Virus record (IMG/VR): IMGVR_UViG_3300022753_000048
Span: 1-64,000 of that record
Source of the DNA: an uncultured virus (IMG/VR IMGVR_UViG_3300022753_000048)
Taxonomy: Duplodnaviria > Heunggongvirae > Uroviricota > Caudoviricetes
Direction: 5' to 3' (one strand)
Length of the DNA: 64,000 bases
The stretch's first letter is position 1. Every line of letters begins with the position of its first letter. Below the pieces are notes generated by a model that was not told the DNA's origin, made no database searches, and worked only from the letters and a program-made list of their open reading frames with translations. Below are positions 28,484-40,107 of the stretch, in pieces. A program made the position numbers and the translations under genes.

Positions 28484-28617
28484 TTTTCCTTGAAGGCGAA
28501 GCTGAAAAAGGGTTTGTAGTAAGTCCTCTCAAACCAGAAACCCTGCGACCTCGAAAGAGGGCAACACCCAAGTGCGTAAGGCATTGTACGCTGTTAGGAG
28601 AGGATTCAGTTGAATAT

Positions 28618-28691
28618 TGCGAGGGTGGAGCAAAGGTAGCTCATCTGGCTCATTACCAGAAGACAACGTTCGAATCGTTCGCTCGCAACCA
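28618..28691 (+). tRNA. tRNA-Met(CAT), initiator-like, divergent
   Basis: TGGAGC D-arm start, loop CTCATTA, ACCA. Confidence 0.7.
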
Positions 28692-28694
28692 TAT

Positions 28695-28767
28695 TGCAGG
28701 GTCGTCTAAAGGTAGGACGCTAGACTCATTACCTAGTAATCTGGGTTCGACCCCAGCCGTGCACCCA
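28695..28767 (+). tRNA. degenerate tRNA (CAT)
   Basis: Cloverleaf with mismatches, loop CTCATTA. Confidence 0.55.
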
Positions 28768-29088
28768 ACCACGTTTCAAATTCTTAGGATGTGGCCCTAA
28801 GCGCGTTAACACGGATTTGTAAGTTAAACTACCACTTCCCGCCAGAGGAGTTATCGTTGGTTACCTCGCGCGGTGTATGTGGCTTAGCGGAAAACGCGGT
28901 ATAAGGAAGCGAAGTAAACTTACTAATAGGTTGACAACTCCTATGACTTATAAATAAGTTGAGCGAAAGCGAGCCGGATGGTAAACAACAAATTGAGGTT
29001 AATGACACCGGTACCTCTCCGCGGACTAAGCAAACAAATTGCGGCCAATAGAATTCCGCTACCGCTTTTTATTTATAGGAGTGATTTA

Positions 29089-29310
29089 ATGCCTTAGGTT
29101 GATTTTTCATTGTGTCAATTACTTGAAGAAAATATTGCTGATGAAGCAGAAGCTCGTCAAGGTTATTATAAGATTCTTCATTGTTTTGAAAATGAACTTA
29201 GTGAACGCGAAAAGCAAGAAGTTCGTAAAATCATTGCCGAAGAGTTAAAACATTCTGATATGCTTGCAAAGATGATTTATCGAAGAACTGGTATTGTTGC
29301 GGAGAGTTAA
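29089..29310 (+). CDS. small ferritin-like half-bundle protein (one TAG)
   Basis: MP*VDFSLCQLLEENIADEAEARQGY...IIAEELKH. Confidence 0.7.
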
Positions 29311-29311
29311 A

Positions 29312-29599
29312 ATGCAAGATGAAGTGATTGAGTTCATTAACCGAAGATTTTCAAAAGATTGTAATTGGCGCGATGGCAATTGTTATTACTTTGCCTTGAT
29401 TCTTAAAGATAGATTTCCAGAAAGTCGGATTGTTTACGATGCGATTTATGGACATTTCTTTGTAGAATATAAAGGTAAGTGCTATGACCATTCTGGTGAA
29501 TTAGTTCTTCCTGGTGGCACCTATGCAGTTTACTGGGATGAATTTGATAAATATGACACTCTTGTTAAACAACGAATTATTAGGGATTGTATAATGTAA
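29312..29599 (+). CDS. hypothetical protein (papain-like C...H...D)
   Basis: GNCYYFA...GHF...YD. Confidence 0.6.
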   Translation: MQDEVIEFINRRFSKDCNWRDGNCYYFALILKDRFPESRIVYDAIYGHFFVEYKGKCYDHSGELVLPGGTYAVYWDEFDKYDTLVKQRIIRDCIM

Positions 29600-29601
29600 A
29601 T

Positions 29602-29677
29602 GGTTCCATCTTCTAATCGGTTAGGAAACGGCCCTCTCAAGGCTGAAATTGGAGTTCGAACCTCCATGGAATCACCA
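29602..29677 (+). tRNA. tRNA-Glu(CTC)
   Basis: Loop CTCTCAA, CCA. Confidence 0.88.
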
Positions 29678-29811
29678 GTACGCCGAGTCCGAGTGATAGG
29701 ACAAATGACGTGTGACTGCGCCAACAGAAAAAGAATCACACGCTAAAACCTGTTATTTTGGCGGATAGCAGGTCAAGGGTTTAGAAAACGGCTTTACCTT
29801 GAATTATAAAT

Positions 29812-29887
29812 GGAGACGTAGCCCAACGGAAGAGGCAATAGGTTTAGGCCCTATCCAGTGTGGGTTCGAATCCCACCGTCTTCACCA
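29812..29887 (+). tRNA. tRNA-Leu(TAG), short variable arm
   Basis: Loop TTTAGGC, CCA. Confidence 0.88.
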
Positions 29888-29934
29888 AGGCTCCGGCTCC
29901 GGCGCCGAAAGGTTTCGGAGCAATTTTTCTAAAT

Positions 29935-30009
29935 GGCTTAGTAGCACAGTGGTAGTGCACTCGCTTGGTAAGCGAGAGGTCGTGGATTCGAATTCCGCCT
30001 AAGCCTCCA
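29935..30009 (+). tRNA. tRNA-Thr(GGT)
   Basis: Loop TTGGTAA, CCA. Confidence 0.9.
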
Positions 30010-30093
30010 AACTGAGACCACTTGACAAAGTTTTCCGAAGTTTCTGTATTTAATATTTATTACTTTTACTTAATAATACAAGGAGATGATAAA

Positions 30094-30528
30094 ATGCTAA
30101 ATACAGTTACTATTGGAGATATAGGAGAGGCACAAGCTATTGCATTATTCACAAAGAAACAAATTCCAGTTTCTAAACCTTTAACTAATAATGTTCGTTA
30201 TGATTTAATTATTGAAAAAGATAATAAGTTATATCGAGTACAAGTTAAAAGTACTGCAAATATTAAAGATGGTAAAATGGAATTTGCCACAAAGACTACT
30301 AATTATACGAAAGGTACTTGGTCTAGTAATCATTATTCTAAAAATGAAGTAGACATATTTTTCCTTTATTGTTTAGAAAATGATTGGTGTGGTTTATTTA
30401 TTCCAGATAACGAAGATATTCCCATTACTTTATTTATAAGGACTATACCTCCTAAAAATAATCAAAAAGTTGGTATTCGGTTAATGGAAGATTATTCTTT
30501 TGATAAACAATTTGCATCGTTAACTTAA
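30094..30528 (+). CDS. PD-(D/E)XK homing endonuclease; stop codon lies inside tRNA-Lys
   Basis: GDIGE, RYDLI, RVQVKS, EVDIF. Confidence 0.85.
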   Translation: MLNTVTIGDIGEAQAIALFTKKQIPVSKPLTNNVRYDLIIEKDNKLYRVQVKSTANIKDGKMEFATKTTNYTKGTWSSNHYSKNEVDIFFLYCLENDWCGLFIPDNEDIPITLFIRTIPPKNNQKVGIRLMEDYSFDKQFASLT

Positions 30529-30589
30529 TTGGTAGAGTAGGACACTCTTAATGTCAAGGTTGGGGGTTCAAATCCCTCACGATGCACCA
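30514..30589 (+). tRNA. tRNA-Lys(CTT)
   Basis: Loop CTCTTAA, CCA. Confidence 0.88.
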
Positions 30590-30755
30590 AAAAATCCCGC
30601 TTCTGCTCTCAAAATGACGGCGCCACTGAGAGCTAGAGCGCCGCAGGAATGGTTTGCGGGATACCATTCCACAAGACTTGCCAGTTGGATGCGATTTTGA
30701 GTGCGACGGTTGAGGTCAAAACGTGTATGGTTTCGCGAGGGTTAAACTGGTATAT

Positions 30756-30833
30756 GTACCCGTAGCTCAGTAGGACAGCAGCAACTGCCTTCTAAGCAGT
30801 CGGTCAGTGGTTCGAATCCACTCGGGTATACCA
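30756..30833 (+). tRNA. tRNA-Arg(TCT)
   Basis: Loop CTTCTAA, CCA. Confidence 0.9.
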
Positions 30834-30979
30834 GGCGATGAAATATGCGTTGTCCAGGCAGTTCATATGGAGCCACTACCACGGTTTGCAGGAGTCAAAG
30901 TAAGCTACGTAATCGTGGTGAATGAGAGGGTTACCGTATGCCTGGAATACCGCTTGAATGGCGAGAAAACTGCATATAT

Positions 30980-31054
30980 ACAGGATTAGCTCAATGGAGA
31001 GAGTAAGCGGCTACGAACCGTTAGATAGGGGTTCGACTCCCTTATCCTGTACCA
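30980..31054 (+). tRNA. tRNA-Arg(ACG)
   Basis: Loop CTACGAA, CCA. Confidence 0.9.
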
Positions 31055-31187
31055 GAAAATTCTGCCTTAAGAATCTCATCGCCACCTCCATGAGATTACA
31101 GGCAGTTTTTATATACCGTAGGGGAAAATCGCATGATTTTCCTCTACTTTTTTTTGGTTTGTTTTACTTAGAATTAGAGGTGATTTA

Positions 31188-32759
31188 ATGAGTAATGAAT
31201 ATAGAACCATGGGTGAATTATATCAAGCTTCTTATGGAAATACTACTTTACATACCAATTACCATTATTTCCGCTTTAATGCTTTTCTTAAAAACGCCAA
31301 AGATGCAATGAAAGAATTAAACTCTATTTCTGGTGGAATAGATGCTTTGGAAGCAAAAGAGCTGGCTTTTTATAAAAAATTTGGATGTAACTCATATGAA
31401 GAGTTTATGGATTTATTACGGATGATGATGAATTCTGATGATGGAAAACTTTTAAGACGAGCGTCAAATGAAAATGTATCTAAGTTTATTAGTAAGCTAA
31501 TAGGTGGTAAGACTGGAACTCGAGATATGAATGAGTTTGATTTAAATATTAAAATCAATACCAATCAAGCGCAAAGCGAAATGGACAAGATTTCAAAAGC
31601 TTTAAGCGCCGCTTTTAGATAGCCGGTAGACTTAGGCATAACTGTAAAAGGAAATGTTAATAGTCTTAAAAGAATGGTAAATAGGCTAATGAAAAAAAAT
31701 TATCATTTATCTTCTTTTAATACTGAAGCACTTGCTTCTTTTCTATATTCTGATACAGAGCTAGATAAAATGATTACTATAGAGCTTGGAGGTAATCGAG
31801 TTACAACTAGTGAATTATCTTAGATAATTAAATACCGTCCCTATCCTTGGGGCTATACAATGGCCGATATTAAAAAGGGTATGGCTGAAAATCCAACTTA
31901 GACTAAAGCAGAATTAGACCAAGCAATTAGAGATATACGCACAGAATTAAAGCAATATTTTGGTGGCTCTGGTAGCGCTGAATTTAATTAGGCCTTAGAC
32001 ACAACTTTGGATTCGGTTTTATCCTCTGGATATAATCTGTTTTTTATAGGTAGTAATGTTAGAAATGGTTTATTAGGTGCATTTGGTGAATTTGGTACGG
32101 CTTTATTAATTAATTATCTTTACTTGAAAACCGGCGGGCGTCTAGATGAATCAATAGCGGAAGTTGTTGGTCAGAATCTGGGCAAACAAGACGTTTAGAT
32201 ATTTGATGCTTTTGGTATATAGGTTAAAAACTATTCTGTCAACGCAGGCCCCAATGGTGCTTTCACACGAAGTAATATTGAAGTAAAACAGCATCCCAAC
32301 GAAGTCGCGCAGTATTTTGGTGATTCACAATCTTTTACTGGATTTCTTGCTAACTTCTTCTTCAATGCTGATATCAACAAACATTACTTTGGTACTATTT
32401 ACGACCTAGAAGATGTATTAGAAAAAGAATATACAGCAGAGCTACTTAGAACTGCTATAGCCGATATTAGTGATACAGTTTGTTTTTATAATATTAGTTA
32501 GCAATATTTTGTTCCAGGTTCAAGAATATTAGCCTTCTATCAAGGATGCATTGAAAATATTGAAACTAAAATTATATGCAATTCTGGAATTCATTGGGAT
32601 GAAGGTCCATCTAGAGGACCAAATGAATTTTGGAAATGGTTGGGCCATGCTTGGGCGCCGACTGCGAAAAATACAAGCGTTTTTAATCACTTAATTGGTA
32701 ATGGTATCACTATTAAAACAACAATGAAGGGGTTAAATATTGGTAATTATGCTTACTAA
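31188..32759 (+). CDS. 523-aa hypothetical protein (multiple TAG=Gln), possible PD-(D/E)XK-like C-terminal domain
   Basis: Single frame to TAA 32757 if TAG=Q; GAFGEF...KQDV*IF..GI*VKNY. Confidence 0.75.
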
Positions 32760-32816
32760 TTTTGACTTTTTTAGAAATTTATAGTATAATATATATACAA
32801 AGTTAAGGAGGAAATA

Positions 32817-33134
32817 ATGTCCCTATTCTATATTAAATATGGCTGTTCTGTTACTCATGAGCAGTTGATTATTGAAGCCGAAACCGCTGAAAGGGCTGAA
32901 GATTATGCTGAGAGCGCCGCCCGGGATTGCTACTATTCTTATGATTGTAACTATCCTAGCGATGAGGAATATATTTATTATGAAGAAGAAGGAATGACCG
33001 AAGAAGAAATTGACGAAAGCGAATACATGGACATGATGAGTGATATTGACTGGGTTGTTGAGTCTTACGATGAATCCAATGAAGACCATGTAGAAGCTAT
33101 GAAAGAGCAAGGTGGCGTTCCTTTTGAAGTTTGA
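32817..33134 (+). CDS. acidic hypothetical protein
   Basis: Early promoter and AGGAGG RBS. Confidence 0.7.
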   Translation: MSLFYIKYGCSVTHEQLIIEAETAERAEDYAESAARDCYYSYDCNYPSDEEYIYYEEEGMTEEEIDESEYMDMMSDIDWVVESYDESNEDHVEAMKEQGGVPFEV

Positions 33135-33610
33135 AGGAGATTAAAATGACAGAAGCTGAATGTAAAGTCGAAACTATCAAACATATTGAAAGAGTTCGAT
33201 ACTACTTACGCATTATTACTGATAAGTTAACCACTAGAGGAGTTACTCATGACAAAAGTAAACTGGAGAGTCCTGAGGTAGAATTGTTTACTGAGTTCAC
33301 TCCTCGGCTTGCTGAGTTGAAATATGGTTCAGAAGAATACAAAGAGAGTTTAGCTGGATTAAAACCCGCTCTTGAACACCACTATGCAAATTCTCGTCAT
33401 CACCCAGAGCATTTCAGTAAAGGAATCAATGATATGAATTTGGTAGATATTATTGAAATGCTTTGCGACTGGAAAGCTGCTGGTGAACGTCAGCGCGACG
33501 GTAATCTGCTGAAAAGTATTGAACTAAATGCTCAGCGGTTTGGTTATGATGACCAGTTAAAACAAATTTTTATTAACACAGCAAAAATGTTAGACGAGGT
33601 AGAATTATGA
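33131..33610 (+). CDS. DUF5662-like HD-fold protein
   Basis: HD.SK, HHY..SRHHPEH, EMLCDW. Confidence 0.75.
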   Translation: MKEIKMTEAECKVETIKHIERVRYYLRIITDKLTTRGVTHDKSKLESPEVELFTEFTPRLAELKYGSEEYKESLAGLKPALEHHYANSRHHPEHFSKGINDMNLVDIIEMLCDWKAAGERQRDGNLLKSIELNAQRFGYDDQLKQIFINTAKMLDEVEL

Positions 33611-33900
33611 CTACAAAAAAGCAACGAATAAAACGGCTTGTAAAGCATCTTATATTTAAGATTTTCACCTTTGCGATTATCTTAGGAATTGCTTCCTATG
33701 TAATAAATTTCCCTGGATTCACAAATGAAATGGCAATGGCGCAATTTGAAAATGATAATTATGCCTTTGCCGCTTGGGATGGTTTTATCCATTTCCGGAA
33801 TTTATTTAATTCATACTATGACTTGATTATTTGCTTCTTTGCAGGTACGGTCATTTATGATATAGCAGAATTTATTAAAATCAACAAAGGAGAAAATTAA
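33607..33900 (+). CDS. membrane hypothetical protein
   Basis: Two hydrophobic segments. Confidence 0.65.
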   Translation: MTTKKQRIKRLVKHLIFKIFTFAIILGIASYVINFPGFTNEMAMAQFENDNYAFAAWDGFIHFRNLFNSYYDLIICFFAGTVIYDIAEFIKINKGEN

Positions 33901-33903
33901 AAC

Positions 33904-34845
33904 ATGAAAATCAAAAAGCTAATTACCCTGCTGCTGGTCATTGTTATGGCCTGTACCCTGTTCACGGGCTGTCGCAAGCCCTATGACACACCTGAATTTG
34001 TAACCATTGAAGCTTCTCAGACCGCTTTCCTTATTCCTCTGGTGGGCGATTCTACAACTCAGTCCGCGTTTGAATCCGAAGAGCTGTTGACTGAAGCCAA
34101 AGTAGCAACCAAGGAAATTCAGATTCCTCACCGCTGGGTTCAGACTGGTCGTAAGCATTGGATGGGCGATTGGAAGCCTTCCGCAACTCTGATTGTTGTT
34201 GAGCGTAAGCCTGTTTCTCGCTCTTGGGAATCTGGTGATTCCACTGCAGCCTCTGCTAATAAGGCCATCTTTGGTGAAACTGCTGATCAGATTGGTATTT
34301 ATGTCGGCATGAACTGTACTGCAATGATTGAGGAAAAGGACGCTGCAAAGTTCCTGTATCGTTATAATAACACTCCCCTGGAAACTGTTATTGATACCGA
34401 CATCAAGAAGCTGGTTGAAGACCGATTCAATATTGAAACTGCGAAGTATACTTCTACAGAGCTGGGCGCCAAGAAGGGCGAAATTATGGAAGCTGTTAAA
34501 GAATATGTTATTCCTTACTTCGAGGAGTATGGTATTACCATTACCGTTCTTGGCATGAAGGAAGGCGTTTCTTATGAAAACAATGAAATTCAGAAGGCAA
34601 TTGATGCTAAGTTTGCATCTGAGCAGGAGCTGGTAATTCAGCAGAATAAGAATGATGCAAATATTGCCAAGGCAGAAGCAGAGGCGCAGGCTATGATTAT
34701 GCTTGCTGAGGCTGAAGCTAAAGCTAATGACCTGCTTTCTCAGTCTATGACTCCCGCTCTGCTGGAAAAGATGTACTATGAAAAGTGGAATGGTGAGCTG
34801 CCTTATATTTATGGCGACAGCACTCCCATTATTAACGTTCCTTAA
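33904..34845 (+). CDS. SPFH/band 7 domain lipoprotein
   Basis: Lipobox LFTGC, AEAEA coiled coil, EKWNGELP tail. Confidence 0.85.
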   Translation: MKIKKLITLLLVIVMACTLFTGCRKPYDTPEFVTIEASQTAFLIPLVGDSTTQSAFESEELLTEAKVATKEIQIPHRWVQTGRKHWMGDWKPSATLIVVERKPVSRSWESGDSTAASANKAIFGETADQIGIYVGMNCTAMIEEKDAAKFLYRYNNTPLETVIDTDIKKLVEDRFNIETAKYTSTELGAKKGEIMEAVKEYVIPYFEEYGITITVLGMKEGVSYENNEIQKAIDAKFASEQELVIQQNKNDANIAKAEAEAQAMIMLAEAEAKANDLLSQSMTPALLEKMYYEKWNGELPYIYGDSTPIINVP

Positions 34846-34856
34846 AAGGAGTAATT

Positions 34857-35285
34857 ATGAGTCAAGAAATTATTAATGTGCTGAATTATCTCGGAGAACA
34901 GCTTGGCATTGCTATTGACTGGTCTTCTGAGAATGTTTGGCCTCAAGTAATGGATATTCTCGGACGATATAGACTATTGGAAATTGTTTCCAGTTGTTTG
35001 TGGATTGTCATTCAAGTTGCATCTATTGTATATGCTTTAGTTGTTCTCGTGAAGTGTTTCAAGGCTAGCGCCAAGATAAGAGCTACTAAACAGGATAACT
35101 TTTGGTGGTATAGTGGATATTCCTCTAATTGGATGTCTGGTGCAGGTACGGTTTTGGTTATTACCGCAGGTATCTTTGGAGTTGCTTCCTTGGGTACACT
35201 TCCTATGGAAGTCGGTGATTTGCTCAAATGGCTTATCGTTCCGGAAATTAAATATCTTGAAATGTTAAAGGGCCTTATGCCCTAA
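34857..35285 (+). CDS. membrane hypothetical protein
   Basis: RBS, two TM segments. Confidence 0.65.
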   Translation: MSQEIINVLNYLGEQLGIAIDWSSENVWPQVMDILGRYRLLEIVSSCLWIVIQVASIVYALVVLVKCFKASAKIRATKQDNFWWYSGYSSNWMSGAGTVLVITAGIFGVASLGTLPMEVGDLLKWLIVPEIKYLEMLKGLMP

Positions 35286-35342
35286 CAGATAAGGTGAGCT
35301 TCAATTTTGAGGCTCACCATATTCTGATATATGGAGGTAAAA

Positions 35343-35813
35343 ATGGCAAATACAATTTAGATTAAACATGGTAGTAGCGTACCGACAACTTCAAATTTAG
35401 CTCCTTTTGAACTTGGTTATGTTAAAGATGGCGCGCTCTATATAAATAATGATGGAATTATTTAGCAATTAACTGGATTGGCAGCAAGTGGTTTAGTAAA
35501 TTCTTCTAATTATTTAGTTATTCCTACGATACCAGCGGCCACAGCTAAACAATCCAAAATTTTAGTGGCTGATGATAATAATGTAGTTTATTCAAGAACC
35601 CCAGCTCAAATTCGTAGTGATATTGGCGCTTTTGCTTCTTCTGGCGGAACAGTAAGCGGAGCAACTACTTTTAGTAAAGCAGTCACAATTTCTGGATTAT
35701 TAACTGCTAATGGTGCAATTGTAGTTGATGATAGTAGTTATGGCAATACTAACCCTAATGATGCTGGAATTACTGGTACAGTTGGCTAGCTTTATTTTGT
35801 TGTTACGGGGTGA
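35343..35813 (+). CDS. tail-fibre-like protein (TAG=Gln)
   Basis: MANTI*IKHGSSVP...L..FELGY...G*LYF. Confidence 0.7.
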
Positions 35814-35817
35814 TTGA

Positions 35818-37131
35818 ATGGCCTCTTTAAATTATAGCATAGCATCTACCGACGCTGCGGGAAAAGGTAAAAACGTTATTGGTATTACCTCTGTAACTGT
35901 TTCTGAAACTGGAAGCTATGGTTCTTCAAGAACTTTATCTGTTACAGTAAAGGGAAGACGTATTGATTCTAACTATGGTCTAAATTCACCTTATTGTAGA
36001 GGTAGTTCTTATCTTGATAATTTTAGTAGCGGCATTAGTAATACCTTAGATGGTACTGAGAGAATTTTTTGTACTTTTGAAGTAACTGTAAGTACAAATA
36101 CCTCTGGTACTGCAACCTTAGGAACTAGCTATTATATTGATGTTGGAGGTTCTTCTGCTAGCGCTGGTGCTAGAAGTATTAGAGTCACCTTTACTTCGGC
36201 TTCTGGTTTAACGCCATATAATCCATTGTACTGGGTTGATTACTATAAGCCAGATGGAAGTTATTATGCTTATTATCAATATACTGCAGGAAGTTCTTTT
36301 ACTGTTTTATCTTCTGGCCCTTCTAAAAGTAGTACTCTTTTAGCAGATTCTAATTTTATTATTACTGGTAATGGTAATGGCGGTTATTTTGGTAATAAAA
36401 ATACAACTACTACTTCGATTACTGCTATAAAAAGTGGACAAACTAATTATACTTTTAGCTCTTGGAATACAAGCGCTAATGGTAATGGTACTACTTATAA
36501 TCCTGGTGGAAGTTATATAATGCCTAGTTATGATATAGCCTTGTATCCTATATATACATCTAAAAATTCCTATACTTATACTAATAATTATATTTCTAAT
36601 TTAACAAAGCCAATTAAAGACCCTACTTATCCAGCATCATTATAGTATACTGTTTAGTTTAATGCTAACGGAGGAATAGTATCTACTTCTTCTGAAGTTG
36701 TAAAAACTACAAGAAAATGGACTTTTGGTGGTTGGGCTACCTCTGCCTCTGCTTCAAGTGCAAATGCTGCAGCGTATTATGAATCGGCAACAACTGTATA
36801 TGCATATTGGACTCACAATGATGTTAAAGGTAAAATAACTCTACCTACTCCTACTCGCGTAGGTTATAAATTTCTTGGATGGGGAACTTCCGAAACTCAA
36901 ACCTCTGGTCTGTTGGCAGCAGGAACAGAGCAGGAAATTTCTTCTAATATAACTTACATTGCTATTTGGAAAGCAGATGGTTCAGTACGTTTATTTATTA
37001 ATAACACTGATAAATATAAAATAGCAATGGTATGGATGTATTATCCTTCTAGTTCCACAGATACAAAACCCTGGAAACTGGTTATTCCATATATGAAAAC
37101 ATCATCAGATTGGAAAATAACGGCTGGTTAA
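35818..37131 (+). CDS. Ser/Thr-rich virion-like protein with Listeria-Bacteroides (InlB B) repeats (TAG=Gln)
   Basis: YTFSSWNT.ANG.GT.Y, V*FNANGG, LPTPTRVGYKFLGW; joins track ORFs 35818 and 36913 in one frame. Confidence 0.8.
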
Positions 37132-37194
37132 AATTTGAAAAATCAAAAAACTCATGATATAATATTTATATAAACTTAAAAGGACTGATTAACA

Positions 37195-37680
37195 ATGAAA
37201 GTTATTTTTTTGGATATTGATGGTGTTGTAAATTGCTGGGGCACCAAAGAGCGCGCACCTAGTAAAGTTATTGGTGTTGAGCAGCGCTTGATTGCTCGTA
37301 TCAAAGAAATTGTTGATGCCACCGGCGCGAAGATTGTGCTTTCTTCTACTTGGCGAAAAGATTGGGCCTTCAACTTGCTCAACGGTAAAGACTGGGATTA
37401 TTTACGTGAAGAGTTTGCAAAGCAAGATTTGTATTTCCTTGACTATACACCCAGTCGGCGCGATTCTCATCGTGGTGAAGAAATCAAAGAGTGGCTTGAA
37501 AGTACCGGCTATGACGTAAGTTCTTACGTTATAATCGATGATGAAATGTATGACATTTGGGAATTGCACGAAGGTCATATGGTTCAGACCTCTTTCAACG
37601 ATGGCATCAAACTTGGCGCAGTCAAGATGGCAATTGACATTCTTGCCAAGGAGGATAATCCCTATGGTGACATGTTGTAA
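37195..37680 (+). CDS. HAD phosphatase, Swiss-Army-Knife RNA-repair type
   Basis: FLDIDGV, IVLSSTWR, RG.EI..WL, YVIIDD. Confidence 0.85.
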   Translation: MKVIFLDIDGVVNCWGTKERAPSKVIGVEQRLIARIKEIVDATGAKIVLSSTWRKDWAFNLLNGKDWDYLREEFAKQDLYFLDYTPSRRDSHRGEEIKEWLESTGYDVSSYVIIDDEMYDIWELHEGHMVQTSFNDGIKLGAVKMAIDILAKEDNPYGDML

Positions 37681-38239
37681 AGATTGTTACCCACATTGTG
37701 ATTTTTGTATTCATTCTAAGTATTATTACTTAGAGCAAAACAAAGAACGAATAAAAGTTGTTGTAGAGGGATGTAAATTACATTCAGATGAACATCATCA
37801 ATCTTTGGCACGAGGCTTGCATTATTGTAAAGATTTTCATTGCTATAAAGTAAAGGAGGAAGAAAATGGAACGTAACTTCTAGGTTGTTGATTTGGTTGA
37901 TAAAATTAGTCACCAATTTTTAGGACAAGCTATGTTTTGTAAAGAAAAAACAGAGTGTCCATATTTCGTAATAAATGACCGCGTAGCAAGTGGTGAATTA
38001 TTTGAAGCTTTTTCAACTGGAGCAAAAGAAGTCGGTGGCACAGTAAATTTATATCATATCAATATGCCGATTTTAATTGATAGTTCTAATATGCCCTATA
38101 ATGAAATTAGAAACACGGTTATAAAAGAAATGCAAATCAGAACAGAAAATAATACAACAAAGGAGGAGCATTAAGCTCCTCTTTTTTGATTTTTTTGAAA
38201 ATTTATGATATAATATATCTATAAATGAGAGGTGAGAAA

Positions 38240-38671
38240 ATGGTAGTTCAGTATGATAGTGAAAATGATGAATATTTTATTAAAGAACGTATTGGCAATC
38301 AAACTGTTAAACTGGTCTTCCAGATGTATGATTGGAATGAGGATACAATCTTCTTCAATGTTTATCTCACCTTATACAACAAGCGTAATCAAATTAATAG
38401 CAATGAAGCAGAAGTCAAGATGACTGGAGAAAATCCATTACAGACTTTCTTTGTAGTTCGTAAGGCTTTTAAGTATCTAGTATGGAAAGTGTTGGATGAA
38501 TATAATTGGAAGTATGATTTAATTATTTATTGCACTTGGCTAGACAATAGACGGCGCGATGCTTATTATAAGTATCTATCCACCAAAGGCTATCGATATG
38601 GTCGTATTGATGGCGAGAAGTGTATTTTTAAAAGATACAAGAAAGGAATGGAAAGCTATGAGCAGATATGA
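38240..38671 (+). CDS. hypothetical protein
   Basis: Early promoter and RBS. Confidence 0.65.
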   Translation: MVVQYDSENDEYFIKERIGNQTVKLVFQMYDWNEDTIFFNVYLTLYNKRNQINSNEAEVKMTGENPLQTFFVVRKAFKYLVWKVLDEYNWKYDLIIYCTWLDNRRRDAYYKYLSTKGYRYGRIDGEKCIFKRYKKGMESYEQI

Positions 38672-38861
38672 GGTTGTTTATTTTGGTGCTTACTTCTTTG
38701 ATGATAAAGAGGAAAAGTACAATACTTATCCCGCACGAGATTGGAATGATGCTTATGGCTTTTGGGCTATGATTAAGGCAGATTTTCCTGGATGTTATAT
38801 CAAGGATAATGATGAAGATATGTGTTTTGATGGTGAATGGTATTAAGAAAGGTGGGAAAAG

Positions 38862-39188
38862 ATGAAGAAATATAGAATTTGGTTGGATGATATTCGACCT
38901 ATTCCCGAATGGATGAAAACTCCTGATTGCATTTGGTATGATACTGCTGAAGATGTAATTAGTATTTTACGGCGTTTTATTAATCTTTTCTCCTTAGAAG
39001 AGATTGAATATATTAGCCTTGATAATGACCTTGGTGAAGGACGCATGGAAGGCTATGAAGTTCTTGATTGGCTTGAGAGCTTGCAGATTCCCATTCCTTT
39101 TGGTATTCATATTCATACATCAAACCCTGTAGCAAGAGAGAGAATGCGCGCTATAATTCAGCGCAATGGTTGGAAGGAGATTTTATGA
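38862..39188 (+). CDS. cyclic-phosphate-processing receiver-like domain protein
   Basis: WLDDIRP.P, ISLDNDLG, GYEVL.WLE, IHTSNPV. Confidence 0.8.
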   Translation: MKKYRIWLDDIRPIPEWMKTPDCIWYDTAEDVISILRRFINLFSLEEIEYISLDNDLGEGRMEGYEVLDWLESLQIPIPFGIHIHTSNPVARERMRAIIQRNGWKEIL

Positions 39189-39904
39189 GCAGCAATTATG
39201 AAGGCAAATTTACTAAAACTCCCGCACCTGCACAATTGACCGAGGTTAAGAAACCCAAGAAACCCAAGAAAATTCCCTTCCGCCGTAGAATCACCCGCTT
39301 CCGGCGCGCAGTGAAGAAGAATCGCTATTATCAGATTGCTCTAGGTATTTTGATTTGTCTGTTATGTTTTGGTTGTGGTCGTATTCATCAGTTCGTGGTG
39401 GATAAGAATAATTATGATATCAGACTGGAAGCGGAGATTGCTGAAGTATCTGGCGAATATGAAGCTACCATCCTGCAAATGAGTGATACTCATAGAGAAG
39501 AAATTCAAGCACTTCGCGCCGAATACGAGAATCTTACTCCCGAAGAACTGCTTCGGCAAGAAGCAGAGTATCTTGCCAAAATGTTATATGGCACCGCTCG
39601 AAATAATTCTGAGCGAGACCAACGTACAGCAATATGGTGTGCTTTGAATCGTGTTGACAGCGTTGGTTATCCAGGCTCAGTTAAGGAAGTTTGTCAGCAG
39701 CCTTCTCAGTGGGTAGGATATAGCGACGATAATCCTATTCTAACCAATCTTTATGATATTGCCATGAAGGAACTTGAAACTTGGCATAGTGGTTATCGAC
39801 CCGTAGGAATTGAATATATTTATATGAACTGGTCTACTAAGCAGATTACCCTACGTGATACCTGGGAAAAGGGTAATGACACTAACTATTGGCAGGCTGG
39901 TTGA
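39185..39904 (+). CDS. membrane-anchored SleB-like cell wall hydrolase-domain protein
   Basis: LAKMLYG.AR, W..LNRVD..GYP.SV.EV..QP.Q (the usual catalytic Glu appears as Thr). Confidence 0.7.
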   Translation: MSSNYEGKFTKTPAPAQLTEVKKPKKPKKIPFRRRITRFRRAVKKNRYYQIALGILICLLCFGCGRIHQFVVDKNNYDIRLEAEIAEVSGEYEATILQMSDTHREEIQALRAEYENLTPEELLRQEAEYLAKMLYGTARNNSERDQRTAIWCALNRVDSVGYPGSVKEVCQQPSQWVGYSDDNPILTNLYDIAMKELETWHSGYRPVGIEYIYMNWSTKQITLRDTWEKGNDTNYWQAG

Positions 39905-40107
39905 GGAGAACGAATGTTTTTAGAAAATGGATATGCTTATATTTATTAGCCGCCGACACCTAATGTAACATTAGATTTCGGCACTGAAGATCATACTAAT
40001 TTTTCAATTAACTATTACCGAAACAAACCTCTTAATAGATTCCAAATTTGGATGTTTAAAGTTTGTTTCGGTATAAAAGCTAGAAATACGAAAGGAGAAT
40101 CTATAAC

